From Elsinoe ampelina (taxonomy: Eukaryota), in NCBI GenBank assembly GCA_010093995.1, contig ML992511.1, positions 850,155 through 914,154 of the forward strand: a stretch of DNA of 64,000 bases. The letters run 5' to 3'. The translations under genes were made by a program, and so were the position numbers. Positions 40,098 through 51,087 of this stretch are shown here, piece by piece (positions within the stretch are counted from its first letter, which is position 1; every line of letters starts with the position of its first letter). Under the pieces are notes generated by a model, which saw only the letters and a list, made by a program, of their open reading frames with translations, ran no database searches and was not told the origin of the DNA.

Positions 40098-42195
40098 TTT
40101 TAACTACCCTTACTATAGTATAGCACGCTATAAGGTTAATAAGTAACTCTTGCTCTAAGTTACTATTAGTATCTTTAATTGCTAGTAAGCTAGGAAAGCT
40201 TACTATTAATGACATGTCTACTACTAGTTTAACCTCGAGCGAACATAGAAGGTCTTTTAGTATAGAAGGATAGAGTAGACCTAAGTTAGAGGTAGAACTT
40301 TTCTATAGGGACTGCACTTACTTAAGGCGCTTCCTTATTTAACTTAAAGCCTTCTTTGCCCTAGAGGGAGATAAGTACGCTAACGACGTAGTAAAGGTCC
40401 TCTATACCGGAATATATCTTAAAGGCGCTACCTTCGAGTAGTTCGAGCCTTATATAAGTAGCTACCTAGATAGATAACTAGGCCTAGATACAAAGGCTAT
40501 CTTTAAGAGCTTTAGCATCTTCTAGGCAAAGATTAAGCAAGTCTTTAACGTATCTAATAAGAAACGTATCGCTATAACGAAGATCTAATAACTATAACAA
40601 CGTAGGTCTATAGCCTAGTACTATTCCTAGTTCTAATAACTTGTAATGTATCTAGACTAGGACAATAGTACTAAACACTTAGTATTCTATTAAGGACTAA
40701 GCGACTTAGTTAAAGACTAAATAATACTCGAGCTGCCCGACAGCCTTTAGGAACTAGTAGATACTACAATTGCTATTAATAATAGACTTTATAAATAACA
40801 CATAGAACGTTATAGAGAATATAAAGTAAATACTAAATATACGTATTTCTCCCGAAACTATAGAGACCCTATAGAACTTAATGCTATATGTAAAGGCTGC
40901 CTCTTATAGATATAAGGCTACGGCTATAGAGGAAAGTTCCTTAGTAGAAAAGAGAGAGAGAAGTATAGACGAGATAATCTATATTTTAAGTATAAAAGAC
41001 TTAGGTATTAGGCTAGGGACTACTAATAAGGGGCGCTAGCCGATAGATTATATATAATAGTTGCCGGGCTAGTAGAGAAAAAGGCTAATACTACTATAGA
41101 AGACCTAACGACCTTTAGCGTAGGTAAGAAAACATAGAAGGAGTCTATAATAACTTAAGAGGTAGTAGAATCCTCTCTAGATGTTATACTTAATATCTCT
41201 ATAACTAATAGTAAATAACAAAGCTAATATATAACGCTATTATAGATAGTATATTATAATAACTCTTGTTATATTTACTTATTAGACAAGTAGAGATCTA
41301 GTTAGTTCCTATATAAGCTATCTAAGCGTAGGCAACTAACGAAATAGCTAGACTAGGAACCTAACCTAGAAGAGCTCTCTATAATTAGTAGTAATAGTAA
41401 CTAACCTTAGAAGGTAGTTAGCGATAATTACTAATATACAATTATTGAGATAAAGTATTAGGACATAAGTGCTATACAATAATATAGTAGCCTTACCTTT
41501 AGCCCTTATAGCGTACTATAAGGAAAGGCATATTATATATTACTCTAGAAATGTACAAATCTAGATTGTAAATAGTACTATACTATCTACTTATATGACA
41601 TACTTAGAGAAGACACTATTAGTCTTAAATATACTATAGACTTCTCGGTAATCGAAATAGGTAGTACTATCCCCTATAGCTAAGTAAGAGAATATACTTA
41701 GTGTAGCTTTACTAACTATAACTATACTAGGGGTAGTAGCGACGAAGAGAAATATAACAAAGAATACACCGAATAACTATAATATAACAACACGGATAAG
41801 AACTTATCTAATAACAATAATAACAATAATAACGTACTACTACTAGGCAGACAACTTAAAGTATACCTTATAGGGATATAGAGGAATTATATAATAATAT
41901 ACACCTACTACTAGAATAGGACACTATAAGACAAATCTATATAACCTATTTTTGTCTTTAATACTAATGCCTAGCTACACCTAGAAGGAATAGTTATACT
42001 AATATAGGTATGTAACACTACTTAGTGTAACTAGTAGAGAATTATTAGACTTTATAGTTACTAAGGGACTTAGGCGCTAGAAGTTTACCTTACTATATTA
42101 AACAGCGATAAAACACAACTTACCTAATAGATATAGTACTAATAGTAGATACGTGTAGGAAGGGATTAGCTACTTATCTAAGGAGCTATAATAAC

Positions 42196-42233
42196 AAAAA
42201 ACTAGCTAGTTGTCGCCTAATAAGGCAAGACAA
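42196..42233 (+). promoter_or_regulatory. probable -1 ribosomal frameshift signal between gag and pol
   Basis: Slippery heptamer AAAAAAC followed by a hairpin TTGTC-GCC...GGC-AA-GACAA, just upstream of the protease; heptamer conserved in copy 1 (~30207-30213, minus). Confidence 0.6.
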
Positions 42234-45200
42234 TAACACTAGCTAAAGCCTTAATATAATAAAGATCTACATGTTAAACTACTTTATACTAGAAGTTAAA
42301 ATATAAAGGAGTAAGGTAAGAGTAATAATAGATTTAGGAGCTAACCGTAGCTACGTCTCTATAATAGTTACTAATTAGCTTAAACCTTATTAATACTAGA
42401 AGGAGTTACCTTACCTACTTACTATAGCGGATAGAACCCCTATAGGGAAGAATAGGAAAGTTACTTAGGAACTATAAAACGTTATAATTAAAATCGAAAC
42501 ACATATAGAAAAATAATTAATCGATATAGTAGATATATAGTATAATATAGTACTTAGCATAGACTAGCTTTAATAACACAATCTAGACGTAGACTAGATT
42601 AAAGAAACACTCGAATTTCCTAAGTATAATTATAGGATATAGGGAGTATAATTAGCTCCGTAGATACTAACTATAAGGACAGTATAGGTACGACTAATAG
42701 TTAGAGCTATTACTAGCGTAAGTAATTAAGCACTTCTACCGGAATATAAAGACTTTAAGGACTTATTTAAAGAAAGGAAAGGCATTATAGCCTTACTCTA
42801 ATATAAACTATAGAATTATAAAATACTCTTTAAAGAGGGTAAATCCCTAATATACTATTAAGGTCTTATACTACTATTGAAATAAGAGAAGAACGTTCTT
42901 AAGAACTATATCGATAAGTACTTACTTAAAGGATTTATATAACTATTAAAATTACCTATTATATACGGAGTGCTTTTTATACCTAAAAGGGATAGAATGT
43001 TATAAATATGTATTAATTACTAGAAACTTAATACACTTACTAGGAAGAATTACTATTCCCTACTAAGGATTAACGAACTTTAAGACTAACTACTTAGAGC
43101 TAAATAGTTTACCGTAATTAACATTAGAGACGCCTATTATTAAGTATAAATAAAGGAGAGTAAGGAGTAGAAGATAGCTTTTAGAACGTAATAGAGTCTA
43201 TATAAGTACCTCGTTATGCCCTTTAAGTTAACTAATACTCCTATAACCTTCTAAGAGTTAATTAATAATACTCTATAAGAATACCTTAATAACTTTATCT
43301 TAGTATATTTAGATAATATTATTATCTTCTTAAAGATATACAACAAACACGTAGGACATATTTATAAAGTGCTATAGAAACTAAAAGAAAAAGACCTACT
43401 AGTAAAGCTCTCTAAGTATAAGTTTTATAAATATAAGATACAATTTCTAAGCTATATTATATCTACTAACAGCATTAGACCCGACCTAAAAAAGATTAAG
43501 TTAGTAAATAACTAGCTAGAACCTACTATAGTTAGGGAGGTTTAAGCGCTACTAGGGTTCTTTAACTACTACTATAAGTTTATTAAAGAATTCTCTAAGG
43601 TAGCTATACTAATATTTAACCTTATAAAGAAAGAAACTAGATTTATCTTCGATAAGAAATATAGGTAGGCCTTTAAAGAACTAAAGCTTAGACTTATAAT
43701 AGTACCTATTCTAGCACTCTTCGACCTAGACTAATAAGCACTACTAGAAATAGATACCTCGGACTTTGTAATAGAAGTGTGTCTAGCGTAGAAGAACGCG
43801 GAAGAATAACGCTACCTAATTGTATATTACTTACGAAAAATGACTAGACCTAAACTTAACTACGATATATATAATAAGGAGTTACTTACAATTATAAAGG
43901 CATTCCGCAAATAGAGAGTATACCTAGAAGAAATAACCTTACCTATATAAGTCTATACCGACTATAAGAACCTATTATATTAGACAATAACTAAGGTTCT
44001 TAACAGATAATAGGTTTAATAGTTAGAAACACTTACAAGCTATAACTTTTAGATCTACTATGTTAAGGGATTAGAGAATAGTAGAGTAGATGCTCTTAGC
44101 TAATAACTAGATTACTTAAAGAACATAACAATAATAGAGGCCTCTATACTAAAGTAGTAAGATAGCGCTCTAGTCTATAAGCACCCGAAGGTAGAGTAGT
44201 TATATAGCCTTACTTAGGAGCTTACGTAAGAACAGAAGAAAGAAGTTATTTAAATACACTATAATAACCTAATAGTAGGGCATAGTAGGATTGATAAGAC
44301 TATTAAACTTATCACACGAAACTACCTATAGAAAGGACTCTAAAACGATATTAAGATATATATTACTATATATAATATATACTACAAGTCTAAGTACTTA
44401 CGACATAAGCTATATAGCCTATTATAACCCTTACTACTACTAGATAAACTATAGTAATTAGTTACAATAGACTTTATAGGACCTTTACTACTATTAGAAG
44501 AACCTCTTACAGGTATAAAGTATAATAGCATTCTAGTCCTAGTAGATAGATTTACAAAGTATTACTACTTTATACTATATAAGACAATAGTAACTACTAA
44601 GGATATAGCTTTTACCTTTCTCCGAATAATTATTTTATAACACGGAGTACTATAAGACCTAATAACTAATAGAGATAAGCTATTTACATTATAATTCTAG
44701 TAATTATTTATGGACCTACTAGGAGTTAAATATAAGCTATTAACCTCCTTTTATCTATAAACGGACAGATAAACTAAATAGGCAAATTAAGTACTAGAGT
44801 AGTACCTACGATACTACCTAAACTATAAGTAAGACTTATAAGCGATACTATTACTACTCGTAGAGCTTGCTATTAATAATAGAAAGTTAGTAAATAAAAT
44901 TTTACTATTCTACGTAAACTATAGAATATACCTAGATTTATACTATAACATACTCGGAATTAAGCTAATATCTAAGGACGCTAATATACTAGTAACTAAC
45001 ATTAAGAAACTATATAACTAGCTATACTACGATATAGTATTTATATTATAAAGAATAGCAGAATTTGCTAACTAGAAGAGAATTACGGGACTAATTCTAT
45101 AGGAGAGAGAGAAAGTTTACCTCCTTAGTAAAAATATTAAAACGAAATAACTAAGCAAGAAACTTAACTATACTAAACTAAGACCCTTTAAGATCCTAGA

Positions 45201-45569
45201 AAAGAAAAACAAGAACGTATATAAACTAGAACTACTAAGATATATAAGGATCTATCTAGTCTTTTATATATTACTACTAGAGAAAGCACTATAGAATACT
45301 ATACCCGGACCTATTAAACTAGATAAAGAAACATAGGAGCTACGGTATAAGATTAAAAGAGTTTTACGTTATAAACTTATAAAAGGAAAACGCTACTATC
45401 TTATTTACTAGAAGGGATATTAGTATAGCGAAGTAATATAGGAACTAGAGGAGTACCTTACCTCGTAAGTAATCCTAGATTACTAGATTAAGAACTTATC
45501 CTAAGTAAACTAACTAGACAGACCTAGTACTCTAAATACTAAATAAAAACGAGAATGCCTAAGGAAGAT

Positions 45570-46121
45570 TACTTAACTAATAGAAGTACCTTAATCGTTG
45601 CTAAGTAAGGAACTTTAATTAGAGTTAGGCATAAATAATTGCTAGTCCTATAGTAGAATAGGATCTACTAATAACAGTATTTCCTCCTACTCTAAGACTT
45701 AAATACGAGTCTCTTCTAGAGAGATTACTTTCTCCACCTTGTTCTTTAACTTTTATATCTCTTTACGTAGGTAAAGCTTATTACCTATAGCTCTTTAACA
45801 AGTCTCTTTTACCTTTTTATAAGCTTCTTTAGCTTCCTTTTTAGTAGTCTTAGCTATAACTAATTCCTTTCGCAAATAAATACGCTTAGACTAGAGACGC
45901 TACTATTTTAATTTTATTACTTAAATATTATAACTCGAGTAGTTACTTGTAACATACTAGCTATAAATACCTAACTAAATATAGACTTTATAGTCTAGCC
46001 CTTTCGACTTGTAACAAGAGTAAGCTTATAGTATGTTAGTTCTAAATAATTTAATAAACTTCGAGAGGTTCTTTTATATAGATATACTAGATTTACTATG
46101 CCTTTAACAACTAGAAGGCAT
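45570..46121 (-). pseudogene. antisense Cys-rich plus coiled-coil ORF of gypsy copy 2
   Basis: ATG retained at 46121 (minus), the exact equivalent of 26288; co-linear with copy 1. Confidence 0.7.
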
Positions 46122-46195
46122 GTTTAGTATATAGCGTATAAGGACAAGGAAAGATACTTACTTATTAGAATAACTTAATTAAGGGAGGAGAGTAA

Positions 46196-46658
46196 TATTA
46201 CAAACTAGTAGGGCAGCTAAAGCGTAGGGATATTAGGACTAATTAAACTACTAAGGTTATTACGTAACCTAGCTCGACATTTACCTAGTTCTCTATCTTC
46301 TCTAGCGGCTCTACCCTAGGGACTATAGAGCATATAGGTTACTAGCGGACGTGTACTCTATATTACTCCCGATTCTCGCTATAGAGTATATAGAGTATAT
46401 AGAGTACATAGTAAAGAATATATGTATATAGGAGTAGTCCTTACCTTATATAAGTACTATAGTTAACCTTGTCTAGATAGTAAACACTAGTATTGCTAAG
46501 GCTAGCCTTTATAATACTATCTAATTGTACTTTATTATCTATAAGATATACCTTCTCCGACTCTTACCTTAGTGCTATACTACTATAGAAGTAGAACTAC
46601 CTCGTTCTTAGCTTAGCTTAGACTACTAGCGTAGGCTATGTTTAGATAGTTCGTGACA
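46196..46658 (+). repeat. gypsy copy 2, 3' LTR
   Basis: Ends GTTCGTGACA, followed by TSD TAATC. Confidence 0.95.
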
Positions 46659-46789
46659 TAATCTTCTTAGAATAGGCTATAGCCTTGCTACTATAGCCAC
46701 TATTAACGTAGTGTATCTAGCTTCTATTATTATTCTCTTCTTACGTCACTAATAACTTCTAAGTACTAGAACAGGTCTATAGGTATTTA

Positions 46790-47295
46790 TACTTAATGTC
46801 GTAACTATACTTAGCTATAATAATTAAGTCCTTCTCGGGAAAAGCTTCCTTATATCTATAAGCCTAAGTTATAAATGCCCCTCTATAAGCTTATTTTATA
46901 TTATCGACAATACAGGCCGCTAGATAGTAAAACTCGTAGGCTATAGGGCAATAGAGGCGCTTTTCGTTAGTGTTAACTTTTATTACTAGCTATATAGTTA
47001 TACGAAAGTACTTATCTTTAGAGATATCTAATACCTTAATAGACAACTAAGTAGAGATAATAAAATAGAGTTAGAATAAGTATATGTTAGTTTAGAGTTT
47101 TATGTTGTAAGCTAGAGAACAAGGCGTATAATGTCTACTTTCCTATTATAGTAAAAGTACTTCTATACTAAGCTCTAATAATATAGAGTATATACTTCCC
47201 CTCTATCTAGCGGACAAGATCTATAATAATACTAGCTTAGAGGGCCCTCTCTAGAAGATGCTTGTTAATTTCTATATCTATTCTAGTTATAGTAA
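46790..47295 (+). pseudogene. BTB/POZ-like ORF remnant, paralogue 2
   Basis: De-RIP NFYHWLYS (~46975-46998) and LADKIYDNTGSEGPLRKMLVDF (~47207-47272). Confidence 0.45.
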
Positions 47296-47322
47296 GTAGA
47301 GTATTTGTCTAATCTAAGGCAC

Positions 47323-47394
47323 GTATAGTACGTTTAACTAAAATTAGGTAGGTATAGTGCGTTTAACTAAATTTAGGTAGGTGCGGTGCGTTTA
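47323..47394 (+). repeat. 29-bp tandem repeat (2.5 copies), possibly subterminal to the large element
   Basis: GTATAGT(A/G)CGTTTAACTAAA(A/T)TTAGGTAG at 47323 and 47352, partial copy at 47381; ~100 bp from the RIP boundary. Confidence 0.8.
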
Positions 47395-47832
47395 TAGCGA
47401 CCTAACGTAGTTGAACTTAGTTTAATGCGGAGAAACCTAATATTCTAACTCTCTATACTTAGAACTTTCGTAACGTAGATAATTATTGTCTTAATCTACT
47501 ACTATTAAGGAGTTCTTTTGATTCAGCTATCTTTTAGTATACCAGGTTAAGTATTTATGTAGTTATAATCCACCTCAGTTTAGTGGATCAGGCAGTAATC
47601 AATCCTGTTTCCTCCCCTACACAAGTCAACAACATGCCAAAGCCAAACGTGGGGTTTCTCGATCGCAGATCTGGAGGCGAAAGTCTATCTGAGAAGTCTA
47701 TCTTGGTCGACGACATTGTGCGTTTTTACGGACACGACTCCTTTCCTTTTTGCATTCAACTTGTCGATATTGCATCTTGCATTTTTATCTGTATATACCT
47801 CTGTTTAATTTCCCATACTAGACTTTGTTCCC

Positions 47833-49362
47833 ATGGCCTGGCCGAATCCATTCTACCGCACAACTCCGAACACGATCAAGTAGGAGCCCCACTTTTTTCA
47901 TGACGTTCCCGATCTCGCCACTAACCAACAGCACAGCCATTATGGATACGTCTTTGAATGGACAGACGACCATTTAACGGACGAGCAATGCCGCCCTTTC
48001 CGACATAGTTATGATGAAGTGGCTGATCGAGCTCTTGACCGATTGAACGAGATATCGCCACCACAAAAAACACAATTGCCACGAAATTCTGCCAGGGAAG
48101 AATCAATAGCGGAAGCCGATAAGAAGGAGTCGACAGAGTCGTCACGTAACTCTTCACATCCGGACGAGAAGCCTAAGCCGCCACCACGAGACCTCTTCGC
48201 TCTGCTTCGCGATAATCGCCACAATGATCCTGTCCTGACAGAGTTTTGGGAGCAGATCACGTACATTCCCGAATGGGTTGACTGGGATCAGATAGCTCGC
48301 GGTCAAGATGTCTTCTATCGCTATGGAGGGGCGAACCTTACCGGACTGGCATACCAATCACTTCTTGGAGGAATGGGCGCGGCCAGAGTTGTAGAGACCC
48401 TCGCCAGGACTGGTGGATTCAGTGTCAAAGTCGCTCGAGGCCGGCTCTTCGAAACGACCCAACACATCCTGCAATGCACCAAATCCCTCGCCTCCATCCA
48501 GCCTCCTGACGGCGAGGGTTTCGCATCCACCGTCCGCGTCCGCCTCCTCCATGCTGCCGTCCGCAAACGCATCCTTGCCCTCGCCGCCACCCGACCCGAC
48601 TACTACGACGTGTCCAAATTCGGCATCCCGATCAACGACCTCGACTGCGCCGCCACCATCTCCACCTTCTCCGCCACTCTCATCTGGCTCTCCCTTCCGC
48701 GCCAAGGCATCTTCATGCGCCCCTCCGAGATCACCGACTACATCGCCCTCTGGCGGTACATAGCACACGTCATCGGCGCTCCGACATCCTACTTCGCCAC
48801 CCCTGAAAAAGCAAAAGCAATCATGCAAACCCTCTACTACCACGAGATCAAACCCAGCAAAACCTCCGCCATCATGGCCAACAACATCATCCGCTGCCTC
48901 GCCGACCAACCCCCTGGCCACGCCAGCGCGGACTTCCTCATCGCTTCTGCACGTTGGCTCAATGGTCCCGCGCTGTCCGACGCGTTGCAGCTCCCCCGCG
49001 TGAGTCCGTACTACACCCTGCTGATGGCGGGGCAGTGTCTCTTCTTCGCCTTCTTCAGCTACACGTACCGCAGCGTGCCGAGCTGGGATCGCAAGAAGAT
49101 CGAGTTGTTGCGCAAGGTGTTTTGGCAGATTGTGGTGGAGAGTAAGTTTAGTCTGCAGGGGAAGCAGACGGTGTTTGATTTTAAGTATGTGCCCGAGTAT
49201 GAGACTGTGACGGAGATGGGGGAGCAGACTGCTGTGGGGGATAAGGGGGCGAGTGTGGAGAGGAGGAATTTGAAGGCGTTTGGGGTTGGGGTGATGGTGA
49301 TGCTGGGAGGGGCTTGGGTGGGGTGGAAGGTGGTGAGGGGGTTGTGGGGGTTGGTTTTGTGA
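47833..49362 (+). CDS. ER-bound oxygenase MpaB/rubber-oxygenase (Lcp)-like protein (DUF2236 type) with C-terminal membrane anchor
   Basis: ATG 47833, intron 47880-47936 (GTAGGA..CTAAC..CAG) gives MAWPNPFYR..YGYVFEWTDDHLT..SYDEVADRAL; motifs PEWVDWDQIARGQDVF, RLFET, VRVRLLHAAVR, GIPINDLD; hydrophobic C-terminus. Confidence 0.88.
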
Positions 49363-49489
49363 GTGAGGGAATGGGTCGAGATGTAAGCAGACGAGGAAAG
49401 GACTGTTGGGTATGTGGTGGGATTACAAGCGCGCGCTGTGGGATAGAAATGATAACATGACCTAGATAGTCATCCAGCTTTCATCACGC

Positions 49490-50302
49490 ATGATCACGGC
49501 CGGAAGGATCAGACTGGTTACTGCAGCTCGGGCTCTGCTTCGAGAAGTCGAACCCACTGAACACGCCACTCATGAGAGACGCGATCCATTGTTAGAAGAG
49601 CCACCTTACCAGCATGTGCTAGGAATGTTCCCTGATCCACCATCGGATCCTCCTGCTCATCCAGTATATGGCCGGGTCCAATCTCTCGCGTACGATTTCT
49701 CCACGCAACAGTATACTTGCTCATACACAAGTCGAGACACCATGTCAGGTCCACGTAGAACGCCTATCGGTCATGGTCATCACACCTTCGCTGCCCAGAA
49801 TACTAGTACAGCTGTACTGGGATTCTCCGGGCCGGACACTCGTCACCCTATCGACTGGTTCCCCAATTTGAGTGCTCTATCGCTCGACGAACGGAGATCT
49901 CACCACAGATCACGACTCGAAGAAGGTGTCCATGGCTCCACAAGGCGACAATCGAGCACGTACAGGCGCGACAACAACTCCAAGAAGCGTGCGAGGATGG
50001 ATGGGTGGGTCTCGGACACGGCAATTGTATCTGCTCCTCCAGAGACACATCAGGAGCAGCAACAATCACGTCATAGGTGGACTGGACCGACGCTCGAGAA
50101 TAATACGCCAGCAGATATTCGACCCGGCTGGTCTTCCGAGGCCATATATGACACCCTGACCGAGCCCGTGATGCCAGAGGGCACTCAACACGATGGGTCT
50201 TTCCAAGAAAGAGGCACGGACAGCCCCATCTACGCGGATGTCGATCTTAGACCTTTGTACGACGACCCTGACGACGATTCAGATCCGTACGTCTTGGACT
50301 GA
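49490..50302 (+). CDS. hypothetical protein (270 aa, likely disordered)
   Basis: Long ATG-initiated ORF not overlapping other genes; no recognisable domain. Confidence 0.35.
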   Translation: MITAGRIRLVTAARALLREVEPTEHATHERRDPLLEEPPYQHVLGMFPDPPSDPPAHPVYGRVQSLAYDFSTQQYTCSYTSRDTMSGPRRTPIGHGHHTFAAQNTSTAVLGFSGPDTRHPIDWFPNLSALSLDERRSHHRSRLEEGVHGSTRRQSSTYRRDNNSKKRARMDGWVSDTAIVSAPPETHQEQQQSRHRWTGPTLENNTPADIRPGWSSEAIYDTLTEPVMPEGTQHDGSFQERGTDSPIYADVDLRPLYDDPDDDSDPYVLD

Positions 50303-50413
50303 TCAGGTCCTTCCAAGATTTCACTCACGGTATCCGGCGAAAGTCCTCCTTTGCATTTAGCGAGGAACGACTCTGGACCCTTTTCTTCTCGGGCGATCAA
50401 GTCCTTGGAACCT

Positions 50414-50778
50414 CTGCCACATTAGCGACGAGAGTCCCTGACCTTCTCTGCCACACTACCGACAAGAGTTCGTAGCTACCATGCCCCATCAGCGACGAGA
50501 GTCCCTGGCCCCTTGCCCTGCCACATTAGCGACGAGAGTCCCTAACCGCCCCCTGCCCTACTACCGACGCAAGTCCGTAGCCATCCTGCCACACCAGCGA
50601 CGAGAGTCCCTGACCCCCTTTCCCTGCCACACCAGTGACGAAAGTCCCTGGGAAACCCCTGCCACATCAGCGACAAGAGTCCCTGATCCTTTGCCCCACT
50701 AGCGACGAGAGTCCCTAGATTTTGCCAATCTAGCGACGCAAGTCCCTAGCTCCGACTCATCAGCGACGAAAGTCTCTG
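50414..50778 (+). repeat. array of ~11 copies of a ~27-bp core with short variable spacers
   Basis: Core CTGCCACA(T/C)(C/T)AGCGACGAGAGTCCCT(G/A) at ~50414, 50448, 50481, 50518, 50553, 50586, 50624, 50659, 50691, 50723 and 50753; spacers ~4-11 nt. Confidence 0.93.
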
Positions 50779-51087
50779 GTTCTTCACATACTGCTGCTGA
50801 TCTTGCGTCCCTGGCTCGAATGACACTGTAGACATCATCAAATATACAGTACCCGCCATAACGAGCAAAGTGGTCTGGCCCAAATTGTCCCCATCTGTCC
50901 ATCCAAGCCTCGTCAAGCACGTCCTGTGAAATATATGCAAAGGGATGATGCATCATGATCAGTGAATTCGTAATGACATTCCAATCGCTGGCCCACTCCA
51001 TGCAACCGAACGCCTTACAAACGCTATGAGAACGCCATACGAAGTCCGTGTGATAACCATTCAGAAGCCTGTTCATCCTCTTCCTCC

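Larger units (their letters stand above)
39635..46658 (+). mobile_element. full-length Ty3/gypsy chromovirus, copy 2 (7024 bp), RIP-inactivated
   Basis: 463-bp LTRs at 39635-40097 and 46196-46658; perfect TSD TAATC; gag from ~40214 with CxxCxxxGHxxxxC knuckle (~40980), protease IDSGA (~42327), RT YLDD (~43305), RNase H ETDASD (~43747), integrase, chromodomain YLIHWKGY..TWEPEEHL (~45395-45460), PPT AAGGGAGGAGAG before 46196. Confidence 0.96.
1..47500. other. AT-rich RIP-mutated repeat block (nested transposons)
   Basis: Extreme TpA enrichment and CpA/TpG depletion; TAG/TAA replace expected Trp/Gln codons in recognisable TE proteins; paired repeat copies differ almost only by C/T and G/A; abrupt return to balanced GC at ~47.5-47.6 kb. 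Confidence 0.97.

Noticed and set aside
40098..40115. tRNA or self-priming primer-binding site of the gypsy
   Set aside because: No TGG start and no convincing complement in the LTR could be seen after RIP.
1794..47480. Starship element
   Set aside because: I found no DUF3435 tyrosine-recombinase captain motifs; the mobilising enzymes seen are Plavaka, hAT and LTR types. A captain outside the window cannot be excluded.
50414..50778. CRISPR array
   Set aside because: Spacers are only ~4-11 nt, repeats are variable, there are no cas genes and the context is eukaryotic.
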